Shown here piece after piece: positions 9,381-20,129 of a stretch of DNA of 62,281 bases. Each line of letters starts with the position of its first letter. The first letter of the stretch is position 1. Made by a program: the position numbers and the translations under genes. The stretch lies in IMG/VR virus record IMGVR_UViG_3300032288_003839; one strand, given 5' to 3'. The DNA is from an uncultured virus (IMG/VR IMGVR_UViG_3300032288_003839). Lineage: Duplodnaviria > Heunggongvirae > Uroviricota > Caudoviricetes. The notes below the pieces were generated by a model. That model made no database searches. It was not told the DNA's origin and saw nothing but the letters and a program-made list of their open reading frames with translations.

Positions 9381-9818
9381 ATGATAGATTCAATTTTATT
9401 AGTAGATGATGAGGACTTATTTCACTTAGTATTCGAAGACGCATGTAGTCTTCTAGATATTACATTATCATTACAAAGTTTAACAAGCTCAGATGAAGCT
9501 GAAAAGCTTTTCAAAAAGTGGTTTAAAGAAGGACCAATACAAGAAAGACCAGAATGTGTATTCGTTGACTTGAATATTATTGGATCATCTTTTGATGGTA
9601 TAGAGTTAATTAGAAAGATTAACTTTGAATATGGTAATCATGTTGTTATTGGTATAATATCTTCATCAAATGAATCTGAAGAACAAGCTAAGGCGATTAA
9701 AGCAGGTGCTCAATTCTGGATTATAAAATCAGATGAGATAGAACCAAGATTAGAAGAATTCAGAAAGGATTATGAGGGATATAAAAAAAGAACAGCTCCT
9801 TTTAAAGTTTATAAATAA
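9381..9818 (+). CDS. Single-domain response regulator (receiver)
   Basis: ILLVDDE; VFVDLNI (phosphoacceptor Asp); DGIELI; IISSS; GAQFWIIK. Confidence 0.9.
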   Translation: MIDSILLVDDEDLFHLVFEDACSLLDITLSLQSLTSSDEAEKLFKKWFKEGPIQERPECVFVDLNIIGSSFDGIELIRKINFEYGNHVVIGIISSSNESEEQAKAIKAGAQFWIIKSDEIEPRLEEFRKDYEGYKKRTAPFKVYK

Positions 9819-9822
9819 TTAG

Positions 9823-10530
9823 ATGATTAAGATAGATAAAAGAACCAAGGATCAATTACTAGACATGTACAAGACTAAAAAAATTAGTCTTGAAGGAAAC
9901 ATTTTAAAAGTAATTGATCCCGATGGTGATGTTGAGTTTGAAGCTTACATTAAAGAATCTATCGAGAAAGATAAAGATAATAGAAGAAAAAGACTAGAAG
10001 TTACTAAACAAGTTCAAAGTAGAAATAATGATTTAATTAAATCGGAAAAAGAAAATGAAAGAGTTAATAGGCAATTAACAAGGGCATTAGAAGAAGCTGA
10101 AATATCAAATAAGGAATCAATTGTAGCAAAAGAAGAAGCTGAGAAGGCTAGAGATGATGCTGAGATGTCTATGTTAGATGCTCAAAGAGCTAGAGAAGAA
10201 GCAGAAAAATCTATGATTGATGCTCAAAGAGCCAGAGAAGAAGCAGAAAATGCAAAAAAAGTAGCAATTAATGATTTAGAATTAATGCAAAAGAAAACCC
10301 AATTTGAGTTAATTGGAAATATAGTTAGAGTAGCTCTTTGGGTTATTTTAGGAGTAGGAGTAACCACAACAATTGTTTATGTTATATCCTTATTTGCAGG
10401 GTTTAACACAGATGTTATTGGATCTTCATGGGTAAATATAATGAGTATCTTATTAACAAACGCATTTAGTATCATTGGTACCTTAATGGGTATGAAAACA
10501 ATGAGTGATAATAAAGACAAAATCAATTAG
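9823..10530 (+). CDS. Coiled-coil protein with two C-terminal TM helices
   Basis: A/E/K/R heptad repeats followed by two hydrophobic segments; last gene of the kinase operon. Confidence 0.8.
   Translation: MIKIDKRTKDQLLDMYKTKKISLEGNILKVIDPDGDVEFEAYIKESIEKDKDNRRKRLEVTKQVQSRNNDLIKSEKENERVNRQLTRALEEAEISNKESIVAKEEAEKARDDAEMSMLDAQRAREEAEKSMIDAQRAREEAENAKKVAINDLELMQKKTQFELIGNIVRVALWVILGVGVTTTIVYVISLFAGFNTDVIGSSWVNIMSILLTNAFSIIGTLMGMKTMSDNKDKIN
10177..10250 (+). repeat. 42-nt-period tandem duplication within the coiled coil
   Basis: gatgctcaaagagcYagagaagaagcagaaaa at 10177 and 10219. Confidence 0.85.
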
Positions 10531-10745
10531 TCATTCCATAATTCAAATCTTTTCTGACCATTTTCAGTTGAAGAGTTCCAAGACTCTAATGGTCGGGCAT
10601 AATAAGATCCAAATAAAACAGATTTATAAATAACTAAAATCTCATTAGTTTCGGTATGTGGAGACATAAATAAGAATTCATAAATTCCTCCTTTATAATG
10701 TTTATATAATGCTCCTGGTATAGGATATTCTACTTTATCACTCAT
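10527..10745 (-). CDS. DUF1653-like protein
   Basis: G.YKHYKGG.Y...HTET.E.LVIY......YARPL. Confidence 0.85.
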   Translation of the reverse strand: MSDKVEYPIPGALYKHYKGGIYEFLFMSPHTETNEILVIYKSVLFGSYYARPLESWNSSTENGQKRFELWND

Positions 10746-10746
10746 A

Positions 10747-11199
10747 TTATTTATTCATTAAATATTCAACAACGGTTTCCCAATTAGGAAAATTTTCAGT
10801 ATTAAAATGGATCCACTCACCTTCAAATTCCTCTTGACCAGCATTACCCATATCATCAATAAGATAATCACCTTTTAAGAAAGATTTATTAGGAGCCATA
10901 ATTGTTTTCTCAACAATATCAAAACCTAAATGATCCCAAATCCACTGAGCCTTTTCGGTATAACAATTCACATTTCGGAAAGAAGGTCTTGTAAGAATCC
11001 ACAAGTCATATTTTTCTTCAAGTTTTCTGAATCCTTCAATCGCACCAGGAATTTCTTCTAATTTTAGGAAGAAACCCCATTGTGATTGTGGATATTTTTG
11101 ATTTGGATTATCTGTAAGAGCTTGTTTAGCAGCTTTGTAGAAGTTACAAAGAACACCGTCCATGTCAACATATACTCTTTTTTTATCTGACGTTTTCAT
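10747..11199 (-). CDS. 5'(3')-deoxyribonucleotidase (HAD family)
   Basis: YVDMDGVLCNF; EKAQWI; K.FLKGDYLIDD. Start revised to 11199, 4 nt after TATATTTG. Confidence 0.88.
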   Translation of the reverse strand: MKTSDKKRVYVDMDGVLCNFYKAAKQALTDNPNQKYPQSQWGFFLKLEEIPGAIEGFRKLEEKYDLWILTRPSFRNVNCYTEKAQWIWDHLGFDIVEKTIMAPNKSFLKGDYLIDDMGNAGQEEFEGEWIHFNTENFPNWETVVEYLMNK

Positions 11200-11200
11200 A

Positions 11201-11398
11201 CTACAAATATACGGAGTTTTTCCAGTCTTTCCAATTATCAAAATCGTTTAACTTCTCAATTTCAGATTCAAGTTCAGAGATTAATTGGTCTCTTTTAGCT
11301 TGATATTGTTTCAACATAAAATCACTATCTTTATTTGTTGAGTGAAGGTCAATCATTTGATTAACTTTTTTGACTTCTTCTATAATGTCTTGTATCAT
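11201..11398 (-). CDS. Hypothetical protein
   Basis: ORF directly downstream of purA. Confidence 0.6.
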   Translation of the reverse strand: MIQDIIEEVKKVNQMIDLHSTNKDSDFMLKQYQAKRDQLISELESEIEKLNDFDNWKDWKNSVYL

Positions 11399-11400
11399 AA

Positions 11401-12711
<1,311 letters not shown>

Positions 12712-13113
12712 TTATTTGATTATTTTTTCTAGTTTGTGGTTTCTATCCCACTGAGTCATTAAACTCAAAAGGTGTTCATTTAAAAATGGGTCTTTGTTTT
12801 CTAAGGTTAGATCTTTGTTTAATTCAAACTCTTCAATGACAATTTCTCTAAAGTCTAATATATCACCATATCTAGCATTACGGTGCGAGTATTCTTCTGA
12901 CTCTTCCCATTCATCACCATATTCTAAATCTGTTTCACTGGGAACCCAGTCTTTTGGTTTATTGAAAACACTATACCTCTTTTCTTCATAGAAGTCTTCC
13001 CATTTTTTAGCAACATCTTCTGCTATTTTTTTATCAGTAAATAAACCAATAATTTTCCAAGATGTTGAATCATAGTTCTCAAAGTGAGAACGAACTATAT
13101 AAATACTATCCAT
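12712..13113 (-). CDS. Hypothetical protein with C-terminal RxxKL tag
   Basis: Ends DRNHKLEKIIK. Confidence 0.75.
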   Translation of the reverse strand: MDSIYIVRSHFENYDSTSWKIIGLFTDKKIAEDVAKKWEDFYEEKRYSVFNKPKDWVPSETDLEYGDEWEESEEYSHRNARYGDILDFREIVIEEFELNKDLTLENKDPFLNEHLLSLMTQWDRNHKLEKIIK

Positions 13114-13603
13114 TTAATAAATCATCTAAATTAGAATCTCTGATAACACCTGATTCCTTCATAACATCATCCCATATTTCTAAGAAGTTATCGGAGTTAA
13201 TTTTCTTAGTAATATCTTTAATATCATCAATTAAATCATTATACATGTTATCATCTTTATAAAATGACCTTTTGTTATATCCATGATTTACACTAAACCC
13301 ATCTTTAAATACCTCAATTCTTAAATAATTTTCTTCATTATATAATTGATTAGGTTTTGACCTACCACTCTTGATTAGAGTGAGGTCTTCGGTAGATATG
13401 GATATTCTAGAATCACTTACATCAAATCTTAAATTATTTTTATAGTTTGATAATGACAAAATCATTTTTTTGAATTTAGCACTAACCTCTGGATCATATT
13501 CACACCAGGAATATTCCTCTATTTTTTCAGGTACAGGTGAATTATAATTCCTAATCTCTTCCGTGATTATTTTAGCTATTTTTTTTAAATCTTTCTTTTT
13601 CAT
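13106..13603 (-). CDS. Hypothetical protein with C-terminal RxxKL-like tag
   Basis: Ends IRDSNLDDLLNG. Confidence 0.75.
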   Translation of the reverse strand: MKKKDLKKIAKIITEEIRNYNSPVPEKIEEYSWCEYDPEVSAKFKKMILSLSNYKNNLRFDVSDSRISISTEDLTLIKSGRSKPNQLYNEENYLRIEVFKDGFSVNHGYNKRSFYKDDNMYNDLIDDIKDITKKINSDNFLEIWDDVMKESGVIRDSNLDDLLNG

Positions 13604-14052
13604 TTCTTTTCAACTGGGTTATAGTTATAGTCAATTGTAATCCTATATCTTACTTTATATCTAAACCTAAAGATGTTAAATCTAATTGATGTTCTTTTAA
13701 CATTAACTTCAATTAAAACATCTTTGAATATTATTTTCTTTTCTTTTAAGAACTTTAAATAACTAGACATAAACTCATTTATATCCTCATCAGATATATA
13801 ATCATTTAAAATAAGAGTATCTATGTAATTTGACTTTATATGTTTATTATCACTTTTATCTAGTATAATTGATGCAACACTTTCAGTTTGTAAGTTACAA
13901 TCACATTCTGATATGGTTTCTAATCTATTGGTTCCTAAACTATCAAAATAATGATATAGTTCATCTTTAATAGACATTGCATAATAACTTTCACTATTTT
14001 GTGAAATAAGATTTGTAGTTATTAGTGAAAGGATAATAATTAGTTTTTTCAT
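13600..14052 (-). CDS. Putative exported protein
   Basis: Signal-like MKKLIIILSLITTNLISQ. Confidence 0.65.
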   Translation of the reverse strand: MKKLIIILSLITTNLISQNSESYYAMSIKDELYHYFDSLGTNRLETISECDCNLQTESVASIILDKSDNKHIKSNYIDTLILNDYISDEDINEFMSSYLKFLKEKKIIFKDVLIEVNVKRTSIRFNIFRFRYKVRYRITIDYNYNPVEKK

Positions 14053-14408
14053 AATAATTTTTCTAATTTATAATTTCTTAATTCAATTTTTGACCATTCT
14101 ATAAATTTTGGATCAAATCCATATATCTTATTCAATTCTTGATACAAAGTTGTAAAATCCAAATCTTTTAATTTATGACAAGCAAACAAATTAACACCAC
14201 CATATGTAAACTCAACCCATTGTTCTTGTTCACCGTGTTTATATCTGACTATATCAATTTCAATTTTACCCATACTAAAACCATTATACTTAGTTGGTAC
14301 TTGATTAAACACTTTTCCACTTTCATCAATCTCAATCATGTAACATGGTATTGTGACTTTGAAAAGTTCAGATTCCATTAGATAGTATTGTAACTCCCTG
14401 CCGCTCAT
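14049..14408 (-). CDS. Hypothetical protein with C-terminal RxxKL tag
   Basis: Ends LRNYKLEKLL. Confidence 0.75.
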   Translation of the reverse strand: MSGRELQYYLMESELFKVTIPCYMIEIDESGKVFNQVPTKYNGFSMGKIEIDIVRYKHGEQEQWVEFTYGGVNLFACHKLKDLDFTTLYQELNKIYGFDPKFIEWSKIELRNYKLEKLL

Positions 14409-14893
14409 TTATTAAGTATTTGAATAGCTTTATCTGTACAAATATTAGTCAATCCATAACCAATATCAACACAATCAGGATGATCCTGATTATCACTTGT
14501 TTTTACAAAGTTATTTTGTTGAGTAGAAAGCATATCATTATCATCATCTAAGATTACATAGTTAGTAACTTCTGAGTGTTCATCTAACCATTGTTGTATC
14601 TCATTCCCTCTTTCACATCTTTCATAGAAATCTAATCCTTCTTCATCTGGTTCCCAAGTTAAAGTGGTTATATCAATAACCTCACCGGGTATTCCTCTTT
14701 TAAACCACATTTCTTTCATAATATCAAGACCAGATGCCCTCCAAGTGCTACTAATAACTATTTTAGCTCCTGTTTCATCTACAATCCTTTTTAGATTATC
14801 TTCAAAATGTTTATGAAATAATGAACCATAGTCATCATGACCTTGTGGATAAACATTAAGAACACCGTCTATATCTAAAAATATTATTTTCAT
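14405..14893 (-). CDS. HAD-domain protein (Swiss-Army-knife RNA-repair type)
   Basis: IIFLDIDGVLN; AKIVISSTWR; RGNEIQQWL; YVILDDD.DM; GLT. Confidence 0.88.
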   Translation of the reverse strand: MKIIFLDIDGVLNVYPQGHDDYGSLFHKHFEDNLKRIVDETGAKIVISSTWRASGLDIMKEMWFKRGIPGEVIDITTLTWEPDEEGLDFYERCERGNEIQQWLDEHSEVTNYVILDDDNDMLSTQQNNFVKTSDNQDHPDCVDIGYGLTNICTDKAIQILNK

Positions 14894-14947
14894 ATCTACA
14901 AATATATAAAATATAATTAATATATAGTTTACAAATTAAGCATTTTT

Positions 14948-15799
14948 ATGAGAATAGTAAAAACATATAATTCTTTTAATGAAGAAAAAATAGTTAATGA
15001 TATAATTAACTATATTGATTACTCAATTAATGAGGAAGTAGATATAGAATCTATTTGGAATAAAACTATTAATAAAATTAAGAATCTATCCAAAGAAGCT
15101 AAAAGTAAAATAATTAAATATGTTATAGTTTCTTTATTAGCATTTAATACAGTTACTAATGTTTATAATTTAGTTAAAGGTTCTAATGCCGATGCAGAAA
15201 CAAAAGAAATAGCGGCTTCTATATTGGCACAAAAGGATATAGCAAAGGCTGATTCAATAGCAAAGGCTGATTCATTAAAATTAGAAGAAGGTAAGTGGAA
15301 GAGAGGTTATGAATTTACACTTTCTCAAAAGGGATGGGATCATATTAAAATGGAAGAAGGTGATCCAAGACACCCAGGAGAACCTGTTTTAAAAGCTTAT
15401 AAATTAGGAGACGGTATGATAACTGTTGGTTGGGGACATGCTGAACCGGTTAGAAAATCTAAATTTAAAGTTGGTCAAAAAATAACAACTAGTGAGGCTG
15501 ATGAATTACTTAAAATGGATTTAGAAAAAGCAGCTAATGGTGTGAGAAATATATTCAAAGAGTGGGAAGAAAAAGGACTAGATGTTAAAATAAATCAAGA
15601 CATGTTTGATGCTCTTGTTTCTATATCATTCAATACTGGTATTACTGGACTAAGAAAGTCAATGATGATACAAGATATTAAGAAAGGTAACTTTGAAGAA
15701 GCTGGTGAAAAAATTAAAACATTTAATGTTAGTAAGAAATTTCCTGGACTTCAAGATAGAAGAGAAAAAGAAAGTGAAATGTTTTTAGCATCATTATGA
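14948..15799 (+). CDS. GH24 lysozyme with N-terminal tag and extension
   Basis: IK.EEG...LKAY...DG.ITVGWGH; QDMFDALVS..FNTG; GL..RREKE..MF. Starts MRIVKTYNSFNEE. Confidence 0.88.
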   Translation: MRIVKTYNSFNEEKIVNDIINYIDYSINEEVDIESIWNKTINKIKNLSKEAKSKIIKYVIVSLLAFNTVTNVYNLVKGSNADAETKEIAASILAQKDIAKADSIAKADSLKLEEGKWKRGYEFTLSQKGWDHIKMEEGDPRHPGEPVLKAYKLGDGMITVGWGHAEPVRKSKFKVGQKITTSEADELLKMDLEKAANGVRNIFKEWEEKGLDVKINQDMFDALVSISFNTGITGLRKSMMIQDIKKGNFEEAGEKIKTFNVSKKFPGLQDRREKESEMFLASL

Positions 15800-16386
15800 A
15801 ACACTTAAAAAGAATAGATGAAATAATTAAACTAGATATAAAAGTAGGTGATACTTTATTAGGTGGTAGATTTAAAAACAAGAAAACCGTTGTTAAAAAG
15901 ATTGGTAAGAATGATAAAGGAGATATCACTATAAATGGTAAACCACTTCTTAAATATAGAATTATAAAAGAATCTAATTCATATGATAGATTACAAGAAG
16001 ATGTTGATTCTTATCTAGCACATCTTACTGATAGTGGATTTAAAGTTGAAGTTGGTGGAAGTCAGTTAATTGGAAATCCTATTAAAAATAATTATTATAT
16101 TAGAATCTGGAAACCAAAAGATGAAAGACAATCATATAAATATATTAATTGTGTGGATCTTAAATGGTCTGAAATAGAAGAAGAAGTTTTAAGATTTATT
16201 TCTATAATAGAAGAAAGTTGGAACATAGATTATTTATATGCTATTATTAAAACAAAAAACATTCTTATGGAAGAAACCAGTGATAGAAGAATGTTTAGTA
16301 AAGAAGAGTTATCAAATGTTGGTGACTTTAATTTAAAATCTTTTGCAATTGGTTTAGTGAAAGAGGTCAAAAGTTTAGGCGATTAA
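15796..16386 (+). CDS. Hypothetical protein with N-terminal tag
   Basis: Starts MKHLKRIDE; IKVGDTLLGGRFKNK domain; internal IIKES. Confidence 0.75.
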   Translation: MKHLKRIDEIIKLDIKVGDTLLGGRFKNKKTVVKKIGKNDKGDITINGKPLLKYRIIKESNSYDRLQEDVDSYLAHLTDSGFKVEVGGSQLIGNPIKNNYYIRIWKPKDERQSYKYINCVDLKWSEIEEEVLRFISIIEESWNIDYLYAIIKTKNILMEETSDRRMFSKEELSNVGDFNLKSFAIGLVKEVKSLGD

Positions 16387-16387
16387 T

Positions 16388-16774
16388 ATGAAATATTTAA
16401 AGTTATATGAATTATTCAGAACTGATGTTGATGATAGAATAGATGAGCTAAATGAAGAGTGGCAAAAAATATCTAATAAACTATATAAGGAAGGTATTTC
16501 AGTTAAAGCAAGCATTGGGTTAAGAGACTATACTGACATATCACTGTTTTTAATGGATATAAAATCATTAAAGAATACTCCAGGATTAGGAACTAAAGGG
16601 ATGAATGAATTGATATCATTCGCTGATAAGAATAATCTACCAACTTGGCTATTAGCATCATCAAACTATGGATCTGATTTAGATAGATTAGTTAAGTTCT
16701 ATGAAAAATTTGGATTTGTTTATGTTGGTGATTATTTTAATATAGGCAAAGAGATGTATAGAAAACCAAATTAA
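16388..16774 (+). CDS. GNAT-like acetyltransferase with N-terminal tag
   Basis: PGLGTKGMNELI..AD; LVKFYEKFGF; starts MKYLKLYELF. Confidence 0.65.
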   Translation: MKYLKLYELFRTDVDDRIDELNEEWQKISNKLYKEGISVKASIGLRDYTDISLFLMDIKSLKNTPGLGTKGMNELISFADKNNLPTWLLASSNYGSDLDRLVKFYEKFGFVYVGDYFNIGKEMYRKPN

Positions 16775-16792
16775 ATTATTAATATATAAAAT

Positions 16793-17143
16793 ATGAAACA
16801 TATAAAAACTATAAATGAATATCAAAGAACTGTAGGGTTTAGATATTCCGAACCAAAAGAAGGCTTTAATATAAAGGTTTATTTAGATGGTGAACTAACT
16901 GAGGAAGAAGTTGAACTTACTTTAGGTGAGATTGATGTTGCTTTTGGTGATATTTATTTTGATGATGTACCAGATGATTATATACCAGAAGAAGAATGTG
17001 ATACTTTAACTTCATTGTCATTTGATATAAATGTTTATAATGAAAAAGAAATAGAAAGAATAATGGAAGACTTTAGTAAAACTATTTACTTTGATTATAA
17101 TGTTAAAGCATTAGAGGTTTTTATAAAACCTATCAGAAATTAA
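16793..17143 (+). CDS. Acidic hypothetical protein with N-terminal tag
   Basis: Starts MKHIKTINEY; TAATATATA at 16780. Confidence 0.75.
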   Translation: MKHIKTINEYQRTVGFRYSEPKEGFNIKVYLDGELTEEEVELTLGEIDVAFGDIYFDDVPDDYIPEEECDTLTSLSFDINVYNEKEIERIMEDFSKTIYFDYNVKALEVFIKPIRN

Positions 17144-17194
17144 AAAACTTTAGTAATTATAAATAATATAAACTACCAATTAAAAACATTAAAA

Positions 17195-17632
17195 ATGAAA
17201 ATATCAATTGGTTGTGACCACGCTGCATGGGAACTTAAAGAAAAAGTAAGGCAGTATCTTTCTACAAAATCCGGAATTGAAGTAAATGACAAAGGTTGTT
17301 ACTCGTCTGAAAGATGTGATTATCCTGATTTTGGACATGCTGTTGCAAAAGATGTAACAGAAAATAAATGTGATTTTGGCATATTAATGTGTGGTTCTGG
17401 TAACGGAATTAATATGACTGCTAATAAGTGGTCAGGTGTTCGATCAGCTCTTTGTTGGAATTCAGAGATTGCTAATATGGCTAGACTACATAATGATGCT
17501 AATATATTAACTTTACCAGGTAGATATATTTCAGAAGAAGAAGCATTCAAATGTGTTGATGCGTTTATAAATACTGGATTTGAAGGTGGTAGACACACAG
17601 ACAGAGTAAATAAAATTTCAAATAATATTTAA
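17195..17632 (+). CDS. rpiB: Ribose-5-phosphate isomerase B
   Basis: IGCDHA; DYPDF; GILMCGSGNG; ARLHNDAN.L; FEGGRH..RV.KI. Confidence 0.95.
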   Translation: MKISIGCDHAAWELKEKVRQYLSTKSGIEVNDKGCYSSERCDYPDFGHAVAKDVTENKCDFGILMCGSGNGINMTANKWSGVRSALCWNSEIANMARLHNDANILTLPGRYISEEEAFKCVDAFINTGFEGGRHTDRVNKISNNI

Positions 17633-17634
17633 AT

Positions 17635-17994
17635 ATGGAGAATTTATTTATACAACAGACTAAGACAACCCCACTAGTATCAATAAATGATACACATTTA
17701 GAAATATCAGGTAGGTCGATGCCTGAAAACCCGGTAGAATTTTATAAACCATTATTTGATGCTTTGTGTAATAAAAAGAACTTATCAATATTTGATATTA
17801 ATCTAGAATACTTTAATTCAACATCTGCTAAATGTCTACTTAACCTAATATCTTATGTGGGTAAAAAATTTGATAAGGTCATCATAAGTTGGTATCATGA
17901 TATAGATGATGATGAGATGATAGATTTTGTAGATGAAATAATGACTTTATCTGGAGTGAAAATTAAACTAATTGAAACAAGTGAAAATAATTAA
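17635..17994 (+). CDS. SiaC family (DUF1987) protein
   Basis: TKTTP.V; L.ISGRSMPEN..EFY.P; LEYFNSTSAKCL; WY.D.DDDEM. Confidence 0.8.
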   Translation: MENLFIQQTKTTPLVSINDTHLEISGRSMPENPVEFYKPLFDALCNKKNLSIFDINLEYFNSTSAKCLLNLISYVGKKFDKVIISWYHDIDDDEMIDFVDEIMTLSGVKIKLIETSENN

Positions 17995-18137
17995 TTTTTT
18001 TAAAAATATTTTTAATAACATCAAAACTCATTTAGATGAGGTTTGGAGAGGATTACAAGAGATTCAGGACAGAGGATTAGGTCCAAAGTCATAACCTAAA
18101 TTTAATAAATACTTTACAAAAAAATAACCTTAGTTTT

Positions 18138-18362
18138 ATGATACCAGTAAATTTTAGAGAACTCACAAACAAAGTGCTTTGTGGAGAAGAAATTCATGTT
18201 GATAATAAAGATATTATAAATGATTTCGCTGATTATATAAAAGCGTATTGTGCTGATTTAAAATGCACAGAACATGATGTTATTTTTGATGATAAACTAT
18301 ATGATAGAGTTTATGGATTATTTGATAATATTATTTTGAAAGGAAAGTATCAAATAGCTTAA
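18138..18362 (+). CDS. Hypothetical protein
   Basis: ORF with typical codon use. Confidence 0.6.
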   Translation: MIPVNFRELTNKVLCGEEIHVDNKDIINDFADYIKAYCADLKCTEHDVIFDDKLYDRVYGLFDNIILKGKYQIA

Positions 18363-18406
18363 ATCTAAAAATTTATTTTAATATATACTTAAAATTAAAT
18401 CTATTA

Positions 18407-18751
18407 ATGAAAAAGTTTAGTGCTATAAATGAAAGAAAGGTTTTTATAACAGACCCAAGTATAATTAAGAAATATGCTTCTTTTATTATCCCATTCTATA
18501 TAACTGGTGAAATAACTTGTGATACAAAATTAATAGATGAATATCTTGAAATGAATAAAACATCTCAAAGAGCTAAAAGTGCAAATTTAGTTTGTGACTT
18601 AGAAGTTCTAGCTGTTAAACAAATCTTAGATAATCCACTTACCCCAAGAGGATATGAACAACTAAGAACAGATATAGAAAAGGGTTGTATTAAACTAGAA
18701 AGATTCTTAAAGAAGAAACTACAACAAAAAATGGGTAACCAAACTATATAA
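18407..18751 (+). CDS. Hypothetical protein with short N-terminal tag
   Basis: Starts MKKFSAINE; TAATATATA upstream. Confidence 0.7.
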   Translation: MKKFSAINERKVFITDPSIIKKYASFIIPFYITGEITCDTKLIDEYLEMNKTSQRAKSANLVCDLEVLAVKQILDNPLTPRGYEQLRTDIEKGCIKLERFLKKKLQQKMGNQTI

Positions 18752-18755
18752 TATT

Positions 18756-18778
18756 AACACCACTTAAGTGGTGTTTTT
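18756..18778 (+). terminator. Intrinsic terminator
   Basis: aacaccact-ta-agtggtgtt followed by a T-run. Confidence 0.75.
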
Positions 18779-18804
18779 GTTTTAAATACTTTAATATATA
18801 CCAA

Positions 18805-19476
18805 ATGAACTACATCAAATCATATAGAGTATTTGAATCTAAAGATGATGATAAATCATCAAAGATGATTAAAAAGTTCAAGAATGATTATGAAACAGAT
18901 TTAGATTCTAAGTTAGAACCTTATCAAATTGATATCATCAAAGAAGCATTTTCATATTTTAATAAAAAGTTTATAAAGAATAAAATACGAAAGATAATTC
19001 TTAAAGACTTAGGTGGTGTTCATGGTAGGTGGACAAATACACCAAAGAAACATCATATGACTCTTAATCCAACTATCTTTGATTTCAAAAGACAGTTTGA
19101 GAATGTTCCTTATAGTGTTTTTATCATAGTTCATGAAATAGGACATTGTATAGATCATGTTGAAAAAATATCCTTTTCAAAAAAATGGCAAGCAATATCT
19201 GGTTGGAAAAAGTGTGATATCAATGATAGAATACCAGAAGGATATGATAGGTATATTGAGAAAAGAAAAGGTAGAGAAGAAGCAGGCCCTAAAAAGTCTG
19301 ATTGGGTTTATAAAGAAGGATCTAACTTTTGTAGAAAATACTCTTCAAGAAATCCAAGAGAAGACTTTGCAGACTCATTTGCCTTTGCTATATTCAAAGA
19401 TTATGATAAATTTGAAGGAGAAGGTGGTAAGAAGAAATTACAAATTGTAAAAGAATTACTTTCAAGAATAGATTAA
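18805..19476 (+). CDS. Putative zinc metallopeptidase with N-terminal tag
   Basis: IVHEIGHCID; YS..NPREDFADSF; starts MNYIKSYRVFES. Confidence 0.75.
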   Translation: MNYIKSYRVFESKDDDKSSKMIKKFKNDYETDLDSKLEPYQIDIIKEAFSYFNKKFIKNKIRKIILKDLGGVHGRWTNTPKKHHMTLNPTIFDFKRQFENVPYSVFIIVHEIGHCIDHVEKISFSKKWQAISGWKKCDINDRIPEGYDRYIEKRKGREEAGPKKSDWVYKEGSNFCRKYSSRNPREDFADSFAFAIFKDYDKFEGEGGKKKLQIVKELLSRID

Positions 19477-19796
19477 TTCAATTTAAGCACTTTCTCTTTT
19501 CTAAAATAAATCAAACTATAATCAGTTGAATCTAAAAATCTCTTTAATTCAATAAATTCAACATCCTGATTAGAAATAAAAACAAATTGAGAAAGTGTCT
19601 CATTAAATATCAATTTAGATTTGAATATATCTAATAATTCAACAGGAGCTAAGTTAGCACTACCATTTGTAGTTATATTAGATAATTTAATTCTATATTG
19701 ATACATTTTAACTGAATCAACAGAGATAGAATCAGATTGTGAAAATAGATTACTGAATAGTAATGTAGTGAAGATAGTGATTATTATTTTTTTCAT
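19473..19796 (-). CDS. Putative exported protein
   Basis: Signal peptide ending LFSQ; TATATTTG upstream. Confidence 0.7.
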   Translation of the reverse strand: MKKIIITIFTTLLFSNLFSQSDSISVDSVKMYQYRIKLSNITTNGSANLAPVELLDIFKSKLIFNETLSQFVFISNQDVEFIELKRFLDSTDYSLIYFRKEKVLKLN

Positions 19797-19830
19797 AATT
19801 TTATTTTATACAAATATAAGTAATTATTTT

Positions 19831-19883
19831 AAAATAAAAAATCCGAAAAATGAATTTTGCGATTAATTCATTATTTCGGATTT
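19831..19883 (-). terminator. Intrinsic terminator closing the candidate ncRNA
   Basis: Minus strand: aaatccgaaa..tgaatt..aattca..tttcggattt followed by a T-rich run. Confidence 0.7.
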
Positions 19884-20098
19884 CTTAACAAGATTTCAGA
19901 ATTCGCGGTTCATCCATCTTTATCATACACCTTTTAGTTCAACTGTGTCGGCATGACTGACACTAATCTACTGCGGGACCGACAGGTTTTTTGCCCCATA
20001 ACCTCGGTAAAGGTTATCCCATCTTTCATCACGAGTTACCGCAAGTGACTTATATGAGAATATTTGTTAGTTTGGTTTCGGTAAAACTTAATTACCTT
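19835..20098 (-). ncRNA. Candidate structured non-coding RNA (about 260 nt), family not recognised
   Basis: Own TATATTTG (20103-20110) and terminator; GC-richer than flanks; several stems; only a 31-codon ORF with atypical codons. Confidence 0.55.
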
Positions 20099-20129
20099 AT
20101 TACAAATATAAGGATAATTTTTTAAATAC

